Positions 9,721-19,727 of a stretch of 64,000 nt of DNA are shown one piece after another. This DNA comes from Candidatus Heimdallarchaeota archaeon (lineage in GTDB: Archaea; Asgardarchaeota; Heimdallarchaeia; Heimdallarchaeales; Heimdallarchaeaceae). The translations under genes and the position numbers were made by a program. The first letter of the stretch is position 1, and every line of letters starts with the position of its first letter. The notes beneath the pieces were generated by a model. That model did not search any database. It saw nothing but the letters and a program-made list of their open reading frames with translations, and was not told the DNA's origin. The stretch is from contig JAEOSZ010000024.1 of NCBI GenBank assembly GCA_016840095.1, positions 32,001-96,000 of the forward strand. The letters are read 5' to 3'.

Positions 9721-9803
9721 TAGCAATCTCTTTGTTCTTTTAATTTCAATGAGAGTATCATAAATATTATTAGTCAAAAACACCTATTTGTTTACTGATA
9801 GTC

Positions 9804-10295
9804 TTGCCTAGGTATTTCAAAGTTTACTACTGTGAAAGAATAGCTGACGAAGTCTCAGAACATGTTGAGAATTTCCTAAATGATGTCTTTCAGATGCAAT
9901 TCAGATCAGTAGGTGTAAGAATCCCTCGACAAGTTGCTTGGAATAGTGAAAGAAACGCTTTTGATGCAAAAATATTACTAGAAAATGCCAAATCAGAAGG
10001 TCTTTCGTTCTTCTTATGGCTTATAGAAAAAACTCTAGTTTTGGATGGTCGATATGTCTTTGGTTATGCTGAAGCTATAAAAGGAACAATAGTTTCAACT
10101 TCTAGAATGGCTACTAGAACTCTAGTTGCGAAAGAAGTTGCATTTCATGTTGGGAAAGTCTTAGGTCTTCAACAATGTAAAGATAATTGTCTAATGAAAG
10201 AAACAACAAGTTTTGAAACACTTATTCAGAAACCTTCTGCTTTGTGTAATTCATGTATTGCTAAATTTAATCGAGTTAAGATAAGATATATCTGA
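9804..10295 (+). CDS. Archaemetzincin (peptidase M54)-like protein with degenerate active site
   Basis: YVFG.A, VST.R, KEVAFHVGKVLGLQQC, CLM Met-turn and LCxxC align to archaemetzincin, but HEXXHXXGXXH is absent; TTG start. Confidence 0.75.
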   Translation: MPRYFKVYYCERIADEVSEHVENFLNDVFQMQFRSVGVRIPRQVAWNSERNAFDAKILLENAKSEGLSFFLWLIEKTLVLDGRYVFGYAEAIKGTIVSTSRMATRTLVAKEVAFHVGKVLGLQQCKDNCLMKETTSFETLIQKPSALCNSCIAKFNRVKIRYI

Positions 10296-10372
10296 ATTAG
10301 TCAGCAGCTTTACTCAGAAAACTTTTAGTATGAATCAGTCATCCTTTTCATAAAACCACGTAGGAAATTCTA

Positions 10373-12328
10373 ATGGGTTCAGTCAATTTTCTAGAAGAAA
10401 TGTTGTTTCAAATAGATAATCAGATTCTTGAAAGAGATATCCTTGGAAGCAATGATATCTTACATAGTTTTAAGATTCTTGGCGGACTATATCTTGTTCA
10501 TTGTTTAGAAAATTATAAAGTAATTGAACCAGCTTTATCCTTCAAAGAAAAAATCTTGAAAGCTTCTGATATACTTCCATCAATAATTGATACAAGTATA
10601 CTAGAAGATTACTCCAAAATTTATCAAACCATTAATAACACCAAAAAGAGATTTGGAGCGGAAACTAGTGTAGATCCGCTTGGAGAGATCTATCAAGGTA
10701 TATTGACTAAGACAGATAAACAAGGACAAGGAATTATATTTACTCCTATTTCAGTAATCAAATATATTCTCCATCAATTAGGATACCCAAATAAATCTAC
10801 AATAGAAAACAATCAGAATATCATTGACCTATCATCAGGGTCAGGTTTGTTTCTTGCTCAAGCTGTTAAATTGATAATGAAAGATAATCTTGAAACTAAA
10901 TCTATTGTTGATATAATCAAATATATTCAAGAAAATGTTGTTGGATTTGATGTTGATCCTATTGCAGTTTTTATTTCAAAATTTAATTTAGCTCTAACAA
11001 TAATTAATGAAGCTGAAGGTAAAATTGGTAGTGGTTCATCCTTTATTCCAAATATTCATCACACAAATTCATTGAACACGAAAGCCAAAAAGGAAATTTC
11101 TGATGTTAAAACAGCTAAACTGCAACTTTATGATTTTGTTGTTGGTAATCCACCATATATTGAAGCTAAACGGATGGATCCCAAAACAAAGAATCTTTGC
11201 TTACAAAATTTTCCCAAAGCTGCAAGAGCTCATTTTGATGTTTATTCTTGCTTTGTAGAACTGGGAATAGATATGTTAAAAGCTAAAGGAAAACTAGGAT
11301 ATATAATTCCTAGTAAATTTCTTAGTTCAAGATATTCAAAAGAAATGAGAAGATATCTACTTGAGAATCACCTTATATCTGAAATCGTAGATTTGACTCA
11401 TCAAAAAGTGTTCCAACCAGCTGTTTACCCGATTATTCTCCTATTAGATAAGAGTAATCAAGAGAAAAATACAATCAAACTGGCGCACAATGTTACCTAT
11501 GACGAGTTACTTACCGAGAACATTCATTCAAAAATTATGAGCATTGATTCTACAGTTTTCAGTAAAACCACGAATAAAACAATCTTTCTTCCAGATTTTA
11601 TCTCTCTCTCAATCATTGAAAAAATATTAAGCAGAGCTGATTTTACTCTAGGAGACTTGATAAAGTTTAGATGGTCAATATCTTTTCATAGAAAGGGATT
11701 AAGAGAGCATTTTGTTTTTGATAAACCCATAAGTGACAAATCTAAGAAATTTCTTGGGGGAAAACCATTTGGTGGAAACAGAGAAGTAGAAAGGTACGGT
11801 ATAAATTGGAAAGGATTTTACCTTGAATATGACCATGACAAAGCCAAAGGAATGAAAAACAATTTTCCTAAAATTGAAATCTTTACTTCGAAAAAGATAA
11901 TCATTTGCCAACATGCCTTGAGAATGAGAGCAACTTTAGATGAGACAGGCTTTGTTTGTAAAGATATCTTCCTGTTAGGTCATTTAAAGCAAGAAGCTAG
12001 AGATTTAGGAATTAGTCTTGAATTTATTTTGTCATTATTAAATTCAGAACTATTCAGTTATCTTTATTCGATCATGTACTCTAGTACTGAAATAACTGGA
12101 AAATACCTTCATTACCTACCAATGTATCTGCATGATTTACCTTTCATTTTCCCAGAGAATAATCTGAAAGAAGAGCTCCACGATAAAGTAAAGATATTGC
12201 TTGAAGAAAAGCATCTAATTCCTTCAATTGATTCAGAAATTGATAATCTTGTTTACGTTTTATTTCAATTAGATGAAAAAGAGAGAAAATGTGTAAAAAG
12301 ACATATAAGTCAATATCTTGTGAAATAA
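10373..12328 (+). CDS. N6-adenine DNA methyltransferase (gamma class, Eco57I/TaqI-like) with C-terminal target recognition domain
   Basis: G.IFTP, motif I DLSSGSGLFL, GFDVD, motif IV GNPPY, LGYIIP, LLNS and IDNLVY TaqI-C features. Confidence 0.88.
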   Translation: MGSVNFLEEMLFQIDNQILERDILGSNDILHSFKILGGLYLVHCLENYKVIEPALSFKEKILKASDILPSIIDTSILEDYSKIYQTINNTKKRFGAETSVDPLGEIYQGILTKTDKQGQGIIFTPISVIKYILHQLGYPNKSTIENNQNIIDLSSGSGLFLAQAVKLIMKDNLETKSIVDIIKYIQENVVGFDVDPIAVFISKFNLALTIINEAEGKIGSGSSFIPNIHHTNSLNTKAKKEISDVKTAKLQLYDFVVGNPPYIEAKRMDPKTKNLCLQNFPKAARAHFDVYSCFVELGIDMLKAKGKLGYIIPSKFLSSRYSKEMRRYLLENHLISEIVDLTHQKVFQPAVYPIILLLDKSNQEKNTIKLAHNVTYDELLTENIHSKIMSIDSTVFSKTTNKTIFLPDFISLSIIEKILSRADFTLGDLIKFRWSISFHRKGLREHFVFDKPISDKSKKFLGGKPFGGNREVERYGINWKGFYLEYDHDKAKGMKNNFPKIEIFTSKKIIICQHALRMRATLDETGFVCKDIFLLGHLKQEARDLGISLEFILSLLNSELFSYLYSIMYSSTEITGKYLHYLPMYLHDLPFIFPENNLKEELHDKVKILLEEKHLIPSIDSEIDNLVYVLFQLDEKERKCVKRHISQYLVK

Positions 12329-12381
12329 CTTAAGTTATCATTTGAGCCAGAAAATAATCCATTGACTAAATAGGGATTAAA

Positions 12382-14502
12382 ATGTCAAATAAAGAAAAAC
12401 CACCTGAAAAAAATGAGTTGAATACAAAAAATGGTTTTTCTAAAAGAATGAAAGAATTTGGTTCTAAACAGATTGAAAAGATAAAAGAAACTTCAAATCA
12501 TCTTCAAGAAAAAATTCTAAAGGGATTGGGGAAGTTTTGGGTGTGGTTTAAGGCAAAAAGCAAAGAAGCTTGGGAATTCTTAAATGAATATGTTTTTCAT
12601 TATTACACTCCCTTAGGTTTTATATTACTGTTTGAATACTACATATTCATTTGGCCAATTTTGAAATTTTTCAAATATTTCTTTCTCATCCTTTATCCAC
12701 CTAGATTAAGGAGATTTACAAAAGAGAAACTTAAAGCTTTGTGGCATAAATTGCAAACTAAAGTGTTCCCACTTTTAATGAGAGCTTCTTTCATTATTCT
12801 ATCTGTACTATTTACTATAGTTTCCGCAGTAGGAAAGTTTAGCTTGACTGTTTTTGATATATTTGTCCCAAGAGGTTTAAGAGAGTTGGTTCCCTTACTA
12901 CAAATGTATAGAAAATATCTTCTTACTGCAGCAAATTTTCTTTCAGGTCAAAAATCCAAAGAAATTCTGGAAGTCTCTCAGGAGCTTGATGAGATAGTTA
13001 AGAAAGAGAGACAAATGATGAAAGCTTACCCTATGAGACGAGCTTTTGGAGAAGTCATCAATGTAGCTATTGGTACTCCATTGATTATTATAGCTATCCC
13101 AACAATAATTGTAAGAATATTCAAAATAGGATATGCAGTCTTCTTTTTCTCTTTCCCCCATTTATCAACACTAGGACCTTTGGGTGCCCCCAATTTATTC
13201 AAAAATCTTGATCTAATTTATATTTTCGAACATTGGTTTAATCTCAAACCTATATGGACAATAACTCTCTTTGGTACTGGTCTTCTTGTTGTTTCTTGGA
13301 TAGCAACAATTTTTGGTCCAATTTATGCATTATTTCATCAGTGTAGTCTATATCTTATGAGATGGGGAGCTTATAGATGGGCAAACATATACAGAAGTCT
13401 TGAAAACTTCTTTTCTCTGCCATATCATGCAGCTAAATCTTCTTTTAGCTTTTTTGATGCACCACCTGTTTCTACGGAAACAATGGTTGACTTTAGATTA
13501 GAAATCACGGAGGAAGTAACCGCTATGAAAGAGAAAGTTCAACAACTGCTTACTCTTGATTCAAGAAAAGTTCCAGATAGATCTAAAGGGAATCTTGAAA
13601 GTTTGTTAAACGAAGCGGAACTCTCACTAAACGAATTAGATATATCCAAAATTACTAGCCAAACTGGAAGAATCTTTGCTCTATTAATTTGGGATAATGA
13701 ATCCTCTGCTATACCTTGGATCAGACAAGAAGCAAAAATTAGATTTGCCAAGAAAAATGATATGAGCAGAAAAGAAGTTAATAAAGCTTTCAAAGTTATT
13801 CTCAAAAAAATAGATGAAGGATATATTAGTGAAGATCTCTTCTCCTCAGTTCTTATAACTGGAGCCCTCAAAGGAGTAGCTAAGCAACAGACAAAATATG
13901 AGCAGATCATGCCAGATGTAGAATATCACAAACTTGCTATCTCTTTAGCTCTTGGTGCTCAACAATACATCAAAGATGAATTTACAGGTATTCCATGGTA
14001 TATTAAATATGGTAAAAAACTAGCTGTGTTGATTGTTGCACCTTTAATGCCTTTTGTGATGTTGTTTTACATCTTCTACAGATATATTAGACATATTCTA
14101 GTTTCATTCTTCACAACTATTCTATCAATAGGTACAAGAAAAACTATTAGATTTTTCTCACACAGATTTAAAGAAATATCTGAAACTCTTACTACAACTT
14201 ATGATTCTGTTAGACAAAGGGGGAGATCCTTTAGTTTCAAGGAAGATCTTAACATTGATTTTGTTTCAATTTTCAAGACTGGTTTAATCTTTCTCATCAA
14301 ACTTATTCCAATGATAATATGGTTATTCTTTAAGGGAATCTATAATTTCATAAGTCCAATCTGGACAAGAAGAAGTTTAGAAGAAAAACAACAAAGATCC
14401 TTTGAAAGAGATTTAACTACAGAATCTCTAATTGCAATGTACGAAGAAATATATGACAAATTATTGATAACAGATTTACTTCTAACTCGTGAAACTGTTT
14501 GA
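12382..14502 (+). CDS. Large hypothetical membrane protein (paralog A)
   Basis: 706-aa ORF with several hydrophobic segments; shares long motifs with the next gene; no known family recognised. Confidence 0.85.
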   Translation: MSNKEKPPEKNELNTKNGFSKRMKEFGSKQIEKIKETSNHLQEKILKGLGKFWVWFKAKSKEAWEFLNEYVFHYYTPLGFILLFEYYIFIWPILKFFKYFFLILYPPRLRRFTKEKLKALWHKLQTKVFPLLMRASFIILSVLFTIVSAVGKFSLTVFDIFVPRGLRELVPLLQMYRKYLLTAANFLSGQKSKEILEVSQELDEIVKKERQMMKAYPMRRAFGEVINVAIGTPLIIIAIPTIIVRIFKIGYAVFFFSFPHLSTLGPLGAPNLFKNLDLIYIFEHWFNLKPIWTITLFGTGLLVVSWIATIFGPIYALFHQCSLYLMRWGAYRWANIYRSLENFFSLPYHAAKSSFSFFDAPPVSTETMVDFRLEITEEVTAMKEKVQQLLTLDSRKVPDRSKGNLESLLNEAELSLNELDISKITSQTGRIFALLIWDNESSAIPWIRQEAKIRFAKKNDMSRKEVNKAFKVILKKIDEGYISEDLFSSVLITGALKGVAKQQTKYEQIMPDVEYHKLAISLALGAQQYIKDEFTGIPWYIKYGKKLAVLIVAPLMPFVMLFYIFYRYIRHILVSFFTTILSIGTRKTIRFFSHRFKEISETLTTTYDSVRQRGRSFSFKEDLNIDFVSIFKTGLIFLIKLIPMIIWLFFKGIYNFISPIWTRRSLEEKQQRSFERDLTTESLIAMYEEIYDKLLITDLLLTRETV

Positions 14503-14558
14503 TTTTCCCTTTTGATAGTTACGCAACTTTAAAATTTACCTTTGATATTGTTTATGTA

Positions 14559-16295
14559 ATGGCTTTTTCAGAGAGTGAGAACAAGTCTAAGAAAGTAGAT
14601 GAAGAAGTGGATGAAGAAACCACAGAAGAAACTCCTGAATCCAAAGAAAAGGATAAAAACGAGAAATCTAAGGATAGGAAAATATCATTCACTATTTTAT
14701 CAATTCTAATCACCATAATTTCAGTAAGTGCAAAATTTGCATTGGTAATTTTTGATATCTTTATCCCAAAAGCTTTGCGTGAATATGTTCCGTTCTTTAA
14801 TATGATTAGAAAAATAACTCTTCCAGTCTCTGAAATAATGGCAGGAAAGAAATCAAAAGAAATTTCTGAAGTTGCAAATGAGTTAGACGAACTATCTCTG
14901 AGAGAGAACAAAGTCATGAAAAACTATCCATTAAGAAGAACAATTGGTCAAGCAATGAGTATGGGAATTTCACCCATAATCTTGGTATTAATTCCAACAA
15001 TAATTTGGGGGGAGGGAATTGTGAACATGGTTAAAGCACAATGGCCAGCTTTGCCAACAGCTATCATAATTATTGGAATGGGAACTATAATGTTACTTAT
15101 ATCATGGCTAGTAACTTTATTTGGTCCTCTCTATGTAGTATTTCATAATTCTAGTAAATATTTACTTAAGATGGGAGCTTATAGATGGGCTTCTATCTAT
15201 CAAGACTTAGAAAATTTCTTTGCTATACCCTATTATGCTGCAAAGTCATCATTTTCGTTCTTTGACGCACCTCCAATTTCTAGTGAAACTCTAGAGGAAT
15301 TCAAGCTGGATATAAAGGAGGAAATAGATACTGTAAAAGAGAAAGTTGAAGGCTTATTAGCTTTGGATACTAAAAATGTCCCAGAAAGATCAAAACAGGA
15401 ACTAGAAAAACTTCTCAAGAAAATCGATATACCTATAACAGAATTTGATTTAGCTAAAGTTAAGGATTCTACTTCTAGAACATTTGCACTATTAATCTGG
15501 AGTAAGGAACAGTCTATTCTTCCTTGGAGAAGAAAAGAAGCTTTAGAACGATTTGCTGTAAGAAATCAGTTGACTCCAGAAAAAGCTGAAGAAGCATTCT
15601 ATACCTTAAATAGAAAAAGGAAAGAAGAAGGAATAGAAGAAGAAACAATCAAGTCAATTTTAATTACAGGTGCTTTGAAAGGAATTGAAAAACAAGAGGA
15701 GAAATACAAACAAATCATTACTGATATAGAAATTAACAAGCTAGCAATATCACTTGCTTTGGGTACAGAACAGTATTTGGAAGACATTTATCGTACTTTA
15801 CCAAAATTCGTTGTTGTTTTGAAAGCAATTGGAGTTTCAATACTAGCCATTTTGATGCCATTTCTATTAATTGTACTAGCAATCTTACTATATATAAAAC
15901 ACATAATATTTACTTTAGTCAAAACTATTTTCTCAAGAGGTACCATACAAATACACAAGTATATTGGTAAGAGATTTTCAGAAATCAAAGGTAATCTGAT
16001 CGAAACTTATCAATCAGTTAAGAAGAAAGGTAAAGAATTCAGTTTCAAAGAAGATTTGAATTTCAATTTCAAAAATTCTTTCATAATTTTTAGTAAATTT
16101 TTCCTTAAATTCTTATTAGCATTGATCAAATTAGTAACTTTATGGCCATTCTGGAAAGCTCTCTATATCCGAATTGTCAAACTTATTCAAAGAAGAAGAC
16201 CTGAGAATAAAATGAGAAAAATGTTTGAAAAAGAACTTACAACAGAATCTCTAGTTTTTATGTATCAGGAGATTTATGAGAAGTTTATTGTTTAA
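14559..16295 (+). CDS. Large hypothetical membrane protein (paralog B)
   Basis: Likely ATG at 14559 (MAFSESE); shares AAKSSFSFFDAPP, LITGALKG, KLAISLALG, LTTESL with paralog A. Confidence 0.85.
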   Translation: MAFSESENKSKKVDEEVDEETTEETPESKEKDKNEKSKDRKISFTILSILITIISVSAKFALVIFDIFIPKALREYVPFFNMIRKITLPVSEIMAGKKSKEISEVANELDELSLRENKVMKNYPLRRTIGQAMSMGISPIILVLIPTIIWGEGIVNMVKAQWPALPTAIIIIGMGTIMLLISWLVTLFGPLYVVFHNSSKYLLKMGAYRWASIYQDLENFFAIPYYAAKSSFSFFDAPPISSETLEEFKLDIKEEIDTVKEKVEGLLALDTKNVPERSKQELEKLLKKIDIPITEFDLAKVKDSTSRTFALLIWSKEQSILPWRRKEALERFAVRNQLTPEKAEEAFYTLNRKRKEEGIEEETIKSILITGALKGIEKQEEKYKQIITDIEINKLAISLALGTEQYLEDIYRTLPKFVVVLKAIGVSILAILMPFLLIVLAILLYIKHIIFTLVKTIFSRGTIQIHKYIGKRFSEIKGNLIETYQSVKKKGKEFSFKEDLNFNFKNSFIIFSKFFLKFLLALIKLVTLWPFWKALYIRIVKLIQRRRPENKMRKMFEKELTTESLVFMYQEIYEKFIV

Positions 16296-16400
16296 TAGAA
16301 AATAAGACACATACTCACTTCTGGGTAGCAAAACTTAAAAACGTGACACAATCTAATTTTCTTGCTCCTAAGAACATAGATTCAATAGAGAGGTAGAATT

Positions 16401-17465
16401 ATGACAAAAACTGATGAACCAGCTCTTAAAAAATTTGGACCTGCTTTGGTTTCTCTAGCTAACGCAGCACGAGCCTTCGATGCACCTGTGAGATATCCAG
16501 TTTTATTTAGTGCACCATTTCTAGGAAGTGGTGGATTCAAAGGAACAATGGCTTTTCCAAGAATGTCTTCATTTGTTACTTTGATTGAACATTTCTTTGG
16601 TTTAATCATCCTCTTTCCAATACTATTATTTGCAAGGGGATTTAGTAAACTGAAAGAAGCTATGAAAAGTTTTACTAAACTTGAATGGTTTGCAGTTATC
16701 TTCATCTCAGTAGGAGGGTCTGCTCTAGGATTATTTTTCTTCCTGGTCTCCTTCGCATTAGGTAATCCAACTATTGCTATTCTTTTGCAAAAAGCTCAAC
16801 CTCTAATTACATTTATTTTTGCTTTTTTTATTCTGAAGGAGAGACCTACTAAATGGTTTTGGGGTGCTTTAGCTCTATCATTAATTGGAATTGGGCTTAT
16901 AGTTACACCTGATATTATCGCAAGCTCACAGACATTCGATTATTCAGGATTAGTTGCAATATTATGTTCATTAATTGCAGCAACTTTGTGGGGAGGTTCT
17001 ACAGTATTTGGAAGAATATTAACTAAAAAAGTCGATTACTGGGATCTTACTTTACTACGATATGTTGGAGGTTTTCTTTTCTTACTAATTTTCAACATTA
17101 TTCTCTTTACTTATACTAAAGATTATTATGGGATGCTTGGTCAATCAGTTAGCGTATTTGGGCCATTTAACTGGAACTGGCCAATAATTGTATGTATTTT
17201 ATTCTCAACAATTTTTACAGGAGGTATTCTACCTCTTGCTCTATATTATTTTGGTCTAAAAAGATCTAAAGCTTCAGTAGCAGGTTTAGCAGAATTAGCT
17301 TTTCCTCTACTAGCAATTGTTGTGAATTATTACTTCTTAGGATTCGGACTTGATTGGTTTCAAGGAGCTGGAGCAATAATACTTCTCATAACGATTTCAG
17401 CATTATCATTTATTAATGCTAAAGAAATGGAGAAAAAACCAAATAATCTGAAAGAAACAAAGTAA
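16401..17465 (+). CDS. DMT/EamA family transporter
   Basis: About 10 TM; LLQKAQP..LKER; YYFGLK..ELAFP; GAGG SD. Confidence 0.88.
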   Translation: MTKTDEPALKKFGPALVSLANAARAFDAPVRYPVLFSAPFLGSGGFKGTMAFPRMSSFVTLIEHFFGLIILFPILLFARGFSKLKEAMKSFTKLEWFAVIFISVGGSALGLFFFLVSFALGNPTIAILLQKAQPLITFIFAFFILKERPTKWFWGALALSLIGIGLIVTPDIIASSQTFDYSGLVAILCSLIAATLWGGSTVFGRILTKKVDYWDLTLLRYVGGFLFLLIFNIILFTYTKDYYGMLGQSVSVFGPFNWNWPIIVCILFSTIFTGGILPLALYYFGLKRSKASVAGLAELAFPLLAIVVNYYFLGFGLDWFQGAGAIILLITISALSFINAKEMEKKPNNLKETK

Positions 17466-17467
17466 AG

Positions 17468-18046
17468 TTACCAATCGATTCCAAAGGTTATTTCCAGAAT
17501 ATTAGGTCCCAGAACTTTACCTTGATTGAAGTTAAGCAGAGTAATTCTATTCTTAAGATAAGAGCGAACATCATTTAACAAAATTTCATAACTGGTACTA
17601 TCTATTTCTTTTTCAAGATGAAGAGTTACTCCAAACATTTTCATTGCACTGTCATATTCGATATCGACTTCTGTAAAAGTGTGTTTGAAAAATTTAGATG
17701 AAAACATTTCTTGAATTTCTGTATATCTTTCAGTCAAGAACCATTCTGGTACAAGTTCAGCTTCTTCTTCAGTAACTTCTTTGTATGCTTCCTTCTTCTT
17801 ATCGTGGTAATCACCTAAAAGCTTGAAGATTAGTTCATTAACTCTTAAGAGAAGATAATCATTTAAACTATCACCTGGAAGAATTCTCCTCTTAACATGT
17901 TCATAGTAATCACTAAACATCTCATCACTATAATGAATCATTTTAGATTCAAACCATTTTCCCACTATATCTAATACATTGCTTATATCGAATTCAAATA
18001 TAATCTTGTTTGTTTTTTCTTCTTCAGTCATCTGAAGCACTCCCAA
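17468..18046 (-). CDS. Hypothetical acidic soluble protein
   Basis: 192-aa ORF filling the intergenic space; probable start MTEEE. Confidence 0.7.
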   Translation of the reverse strand: MGVLQMTEEEKTNKIIFEFDISNVLDIVGKWFESKMIHYSDEMFSDYYEHVKRRILPGDSLNDYLLLRVNELIFKLLGDYHDKKKEAYKEVTEEEAELVPEWFLTERYTEIQEMFSSKFFKHTFTEVDIEYDSAMKMFGVTLHLEKEIDSTSYEILLNDVRSYLKNRITLLNFNQGKVLGPNILEITFGIDW

Positions 18047-18169
18047 GTGAATATTATAGTATATATGTAACTTCTTGCTTATATATTATTCTGATATTCC
18101 AAAAAGATTCAAAGACAGGTCGAAAAAAATAAAGAAAAGGAAGATATAGTTAAAGTAAATTCTCTTTCA

Positions 18170-18319
18170 CTAGTATCTTTTTCTATGTTTTTGATGACAT
18201 TCCCTGCAATAAACTGGTCTTTCTCCATCAGGTTTGAATGGTACTTCTGCTTCTTGTCCACAGTCAGAACAGTTGATTTTGTGCATCTCTCTGGGTTCAT
18301 CATTACGTCTATATCCCAT
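18170..18319 (-). CDS. CxxC-x17-CxxC zinc-ribbon microprotein (49 aa), absent from the ORF track
   Basis: Manual translation MGYRRNDEPREMHKINCSDCGQEAEVPFKPDGERPVYCRECHQKHRKRY; AGGTGA SD. Confidence 0.9.
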   Translation of the reverse strand: MGYRRNDEPREMHKINCSDCGQEAEVPFKPDGERPVYCRECHQKHRKRY

Positions 18320-18471
18320 TTAATTCACCTATGTTTTGCATTATAATACCTCAGACCAAAGAAAGAAGAAGAAACTAATTTACTTATACTACTACTCAAT
18401 TTAGAAACTCACTATTATATGCTTTGCTTTGGTTAATTGATTGGTATTAAAACTTATTCATGAATAGAATT

Positions 18472-19695
18472 TTACAACTCATAATCGAATATTACTTTTA
18501 TTGCTTGATTTTTCCGTTTATTAAAGGCTAAACTTATAGCACTTTTATAATCTGATAGAGGGAATCTATGAGTAATAATTTCAGAAATAGTAGAAGGAAT
18601 TTTCTTAGTTTTTAGCAAATCAATTACAATCTCAAAAGTTGATTTTTTCTCTCCATTCCAATCTTCAATTCCATGAATAAGTGATCCTAGTAAATCAACT
18701 TCCTGATACCATACAGGGGAGAAATCAAATTTACCTTGCTTAAGATCAATTCCTAAAACCATAACCTTTCCTTTACCTTTTGCCCATCTTAAAGAATTGT
18801 GTATAGTTGATGGATTTCCTACACAGTCAAAAATCAGATCAAATCCTCCAATGTAGGTTCTATTACCAAAGTATCCTTTGTACTGGACAGCTCTAGTTTT
18901 GTTTATTAGAAAATCATCTATTTCCTTGATTCCTAAAGTTTCATTTGCTCCAAGTTTTTTAGCAATTTCAGCTTGAAAACCATATTTAGCCATAACAACT
19001 ATGTTAGCGTTTGGTTGGATAGCTTTTAAACTTGCCAAAGTACATAATCCGATAGTTCCTGCACCGATTATGAGAATGTTAGTATCAACAACAGGTTTAG
19101 CTCTAAGCACACCTCTCAGAGAACAAGATAAAGGTTCAATCAAGATCGCTTGATCATTAGTAATTTCTTCAGGTAGAACCACAAGCTGATTTTCATGATA
19201 TTTGAAAGCTGTACTCCATCCTCCAGCTGCATCATATTCTGTGAATTCTGCAAATTGACCTGCTTTCTCACATAACCAAAAATCACCTTCTTCACATCTG
19301 GGACAGATTTCTTCTTCCTGATGCAAAATACAACATGGACCTTTCTGTACAACTGTTCTATCCCCTTTCTTCAATTTTGACACACTTTCTCCTAATTCTA
19401 CAATTTCTCCTACACATTCATGTCCCATGTGTCTTGGGGATGGAGAAGGAACTATAGTTGGTGCTACATCTAAATCAAAATCTAGATCAATAAGATGTAA
19501 ATCTGACCCACAAATACCACCTCTAAGTGTCTTTGTTAGAACCTCATTAGATTTCTCTATTTCAAAGGTGTGGTTCTTCTTATGGACAATAGGTCCAACT
19601 TTGGAGAAAATGACTTTGCTCCAAAATGGTTTCAAAGCTTTTGATAAAAGAACTTTAGGAATTGATGGATCAAAATAAACAACTTCAGCATCCAT
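18472..19695 (-). CDS. Zinc-dependent alcohol dehydrogenase (MDR family)
   Basis: GICGSD, GHE, structural Cys cluster CC..CPRC..C, GAGTIG. Confidence 0.9.
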   Translation of the reverse strand: MDAEVVYFDPSIPKVLLSKALKPFWSKVIFSKVGPIVHKKNHTFEIEKSNEVLTKTLRGGICGSDLHLIDLDFDLDVAPTIVPSPSPRHMGHECVGEIVELGESVSKLKKGDRTVVQKGPCCILHQEEEICPRCEEGDFWLCEKAGQFAEFTEYDAAGGWSTAFKYHENQLVVLPEEITNDQAILIEPLSCSLRGVLRAKPVVDTNILIIGAGTIGLCTLASLKAIQPNANIVVMAKYGFQAEIAKKLGANETLGIKEIDDFLINKTRAVQYKGYFGNRTYIGGFDLIFDCVGNPSTIHNSLRWAKGKGKVMVLGIDLKQGKFDFSPVWYQEVDLLGSLIHGIEDWNGEKKSTFEIVIDLLKTKKIPSTISEIITHRFPLSDYKSAISLAFNKRKNQAIKVIFDYEL

Positions 19696-19727
19696 ACAAG
19701 AATGTAGAATAACTTGTTTTTATAGAT

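Noticed and set aside
10373-12328. Complete type IIG restriction-modification enzyme or BREX PglX
   Set aside because: Too short, no nuclease motif seen, and no brxC/pglZ or hsdR/S neighbours
18109-18303. 64-aa track ORF
   Set aside because: Wrong-frame shadow of the CxxC-x17-CxxC gene at 18170-18319
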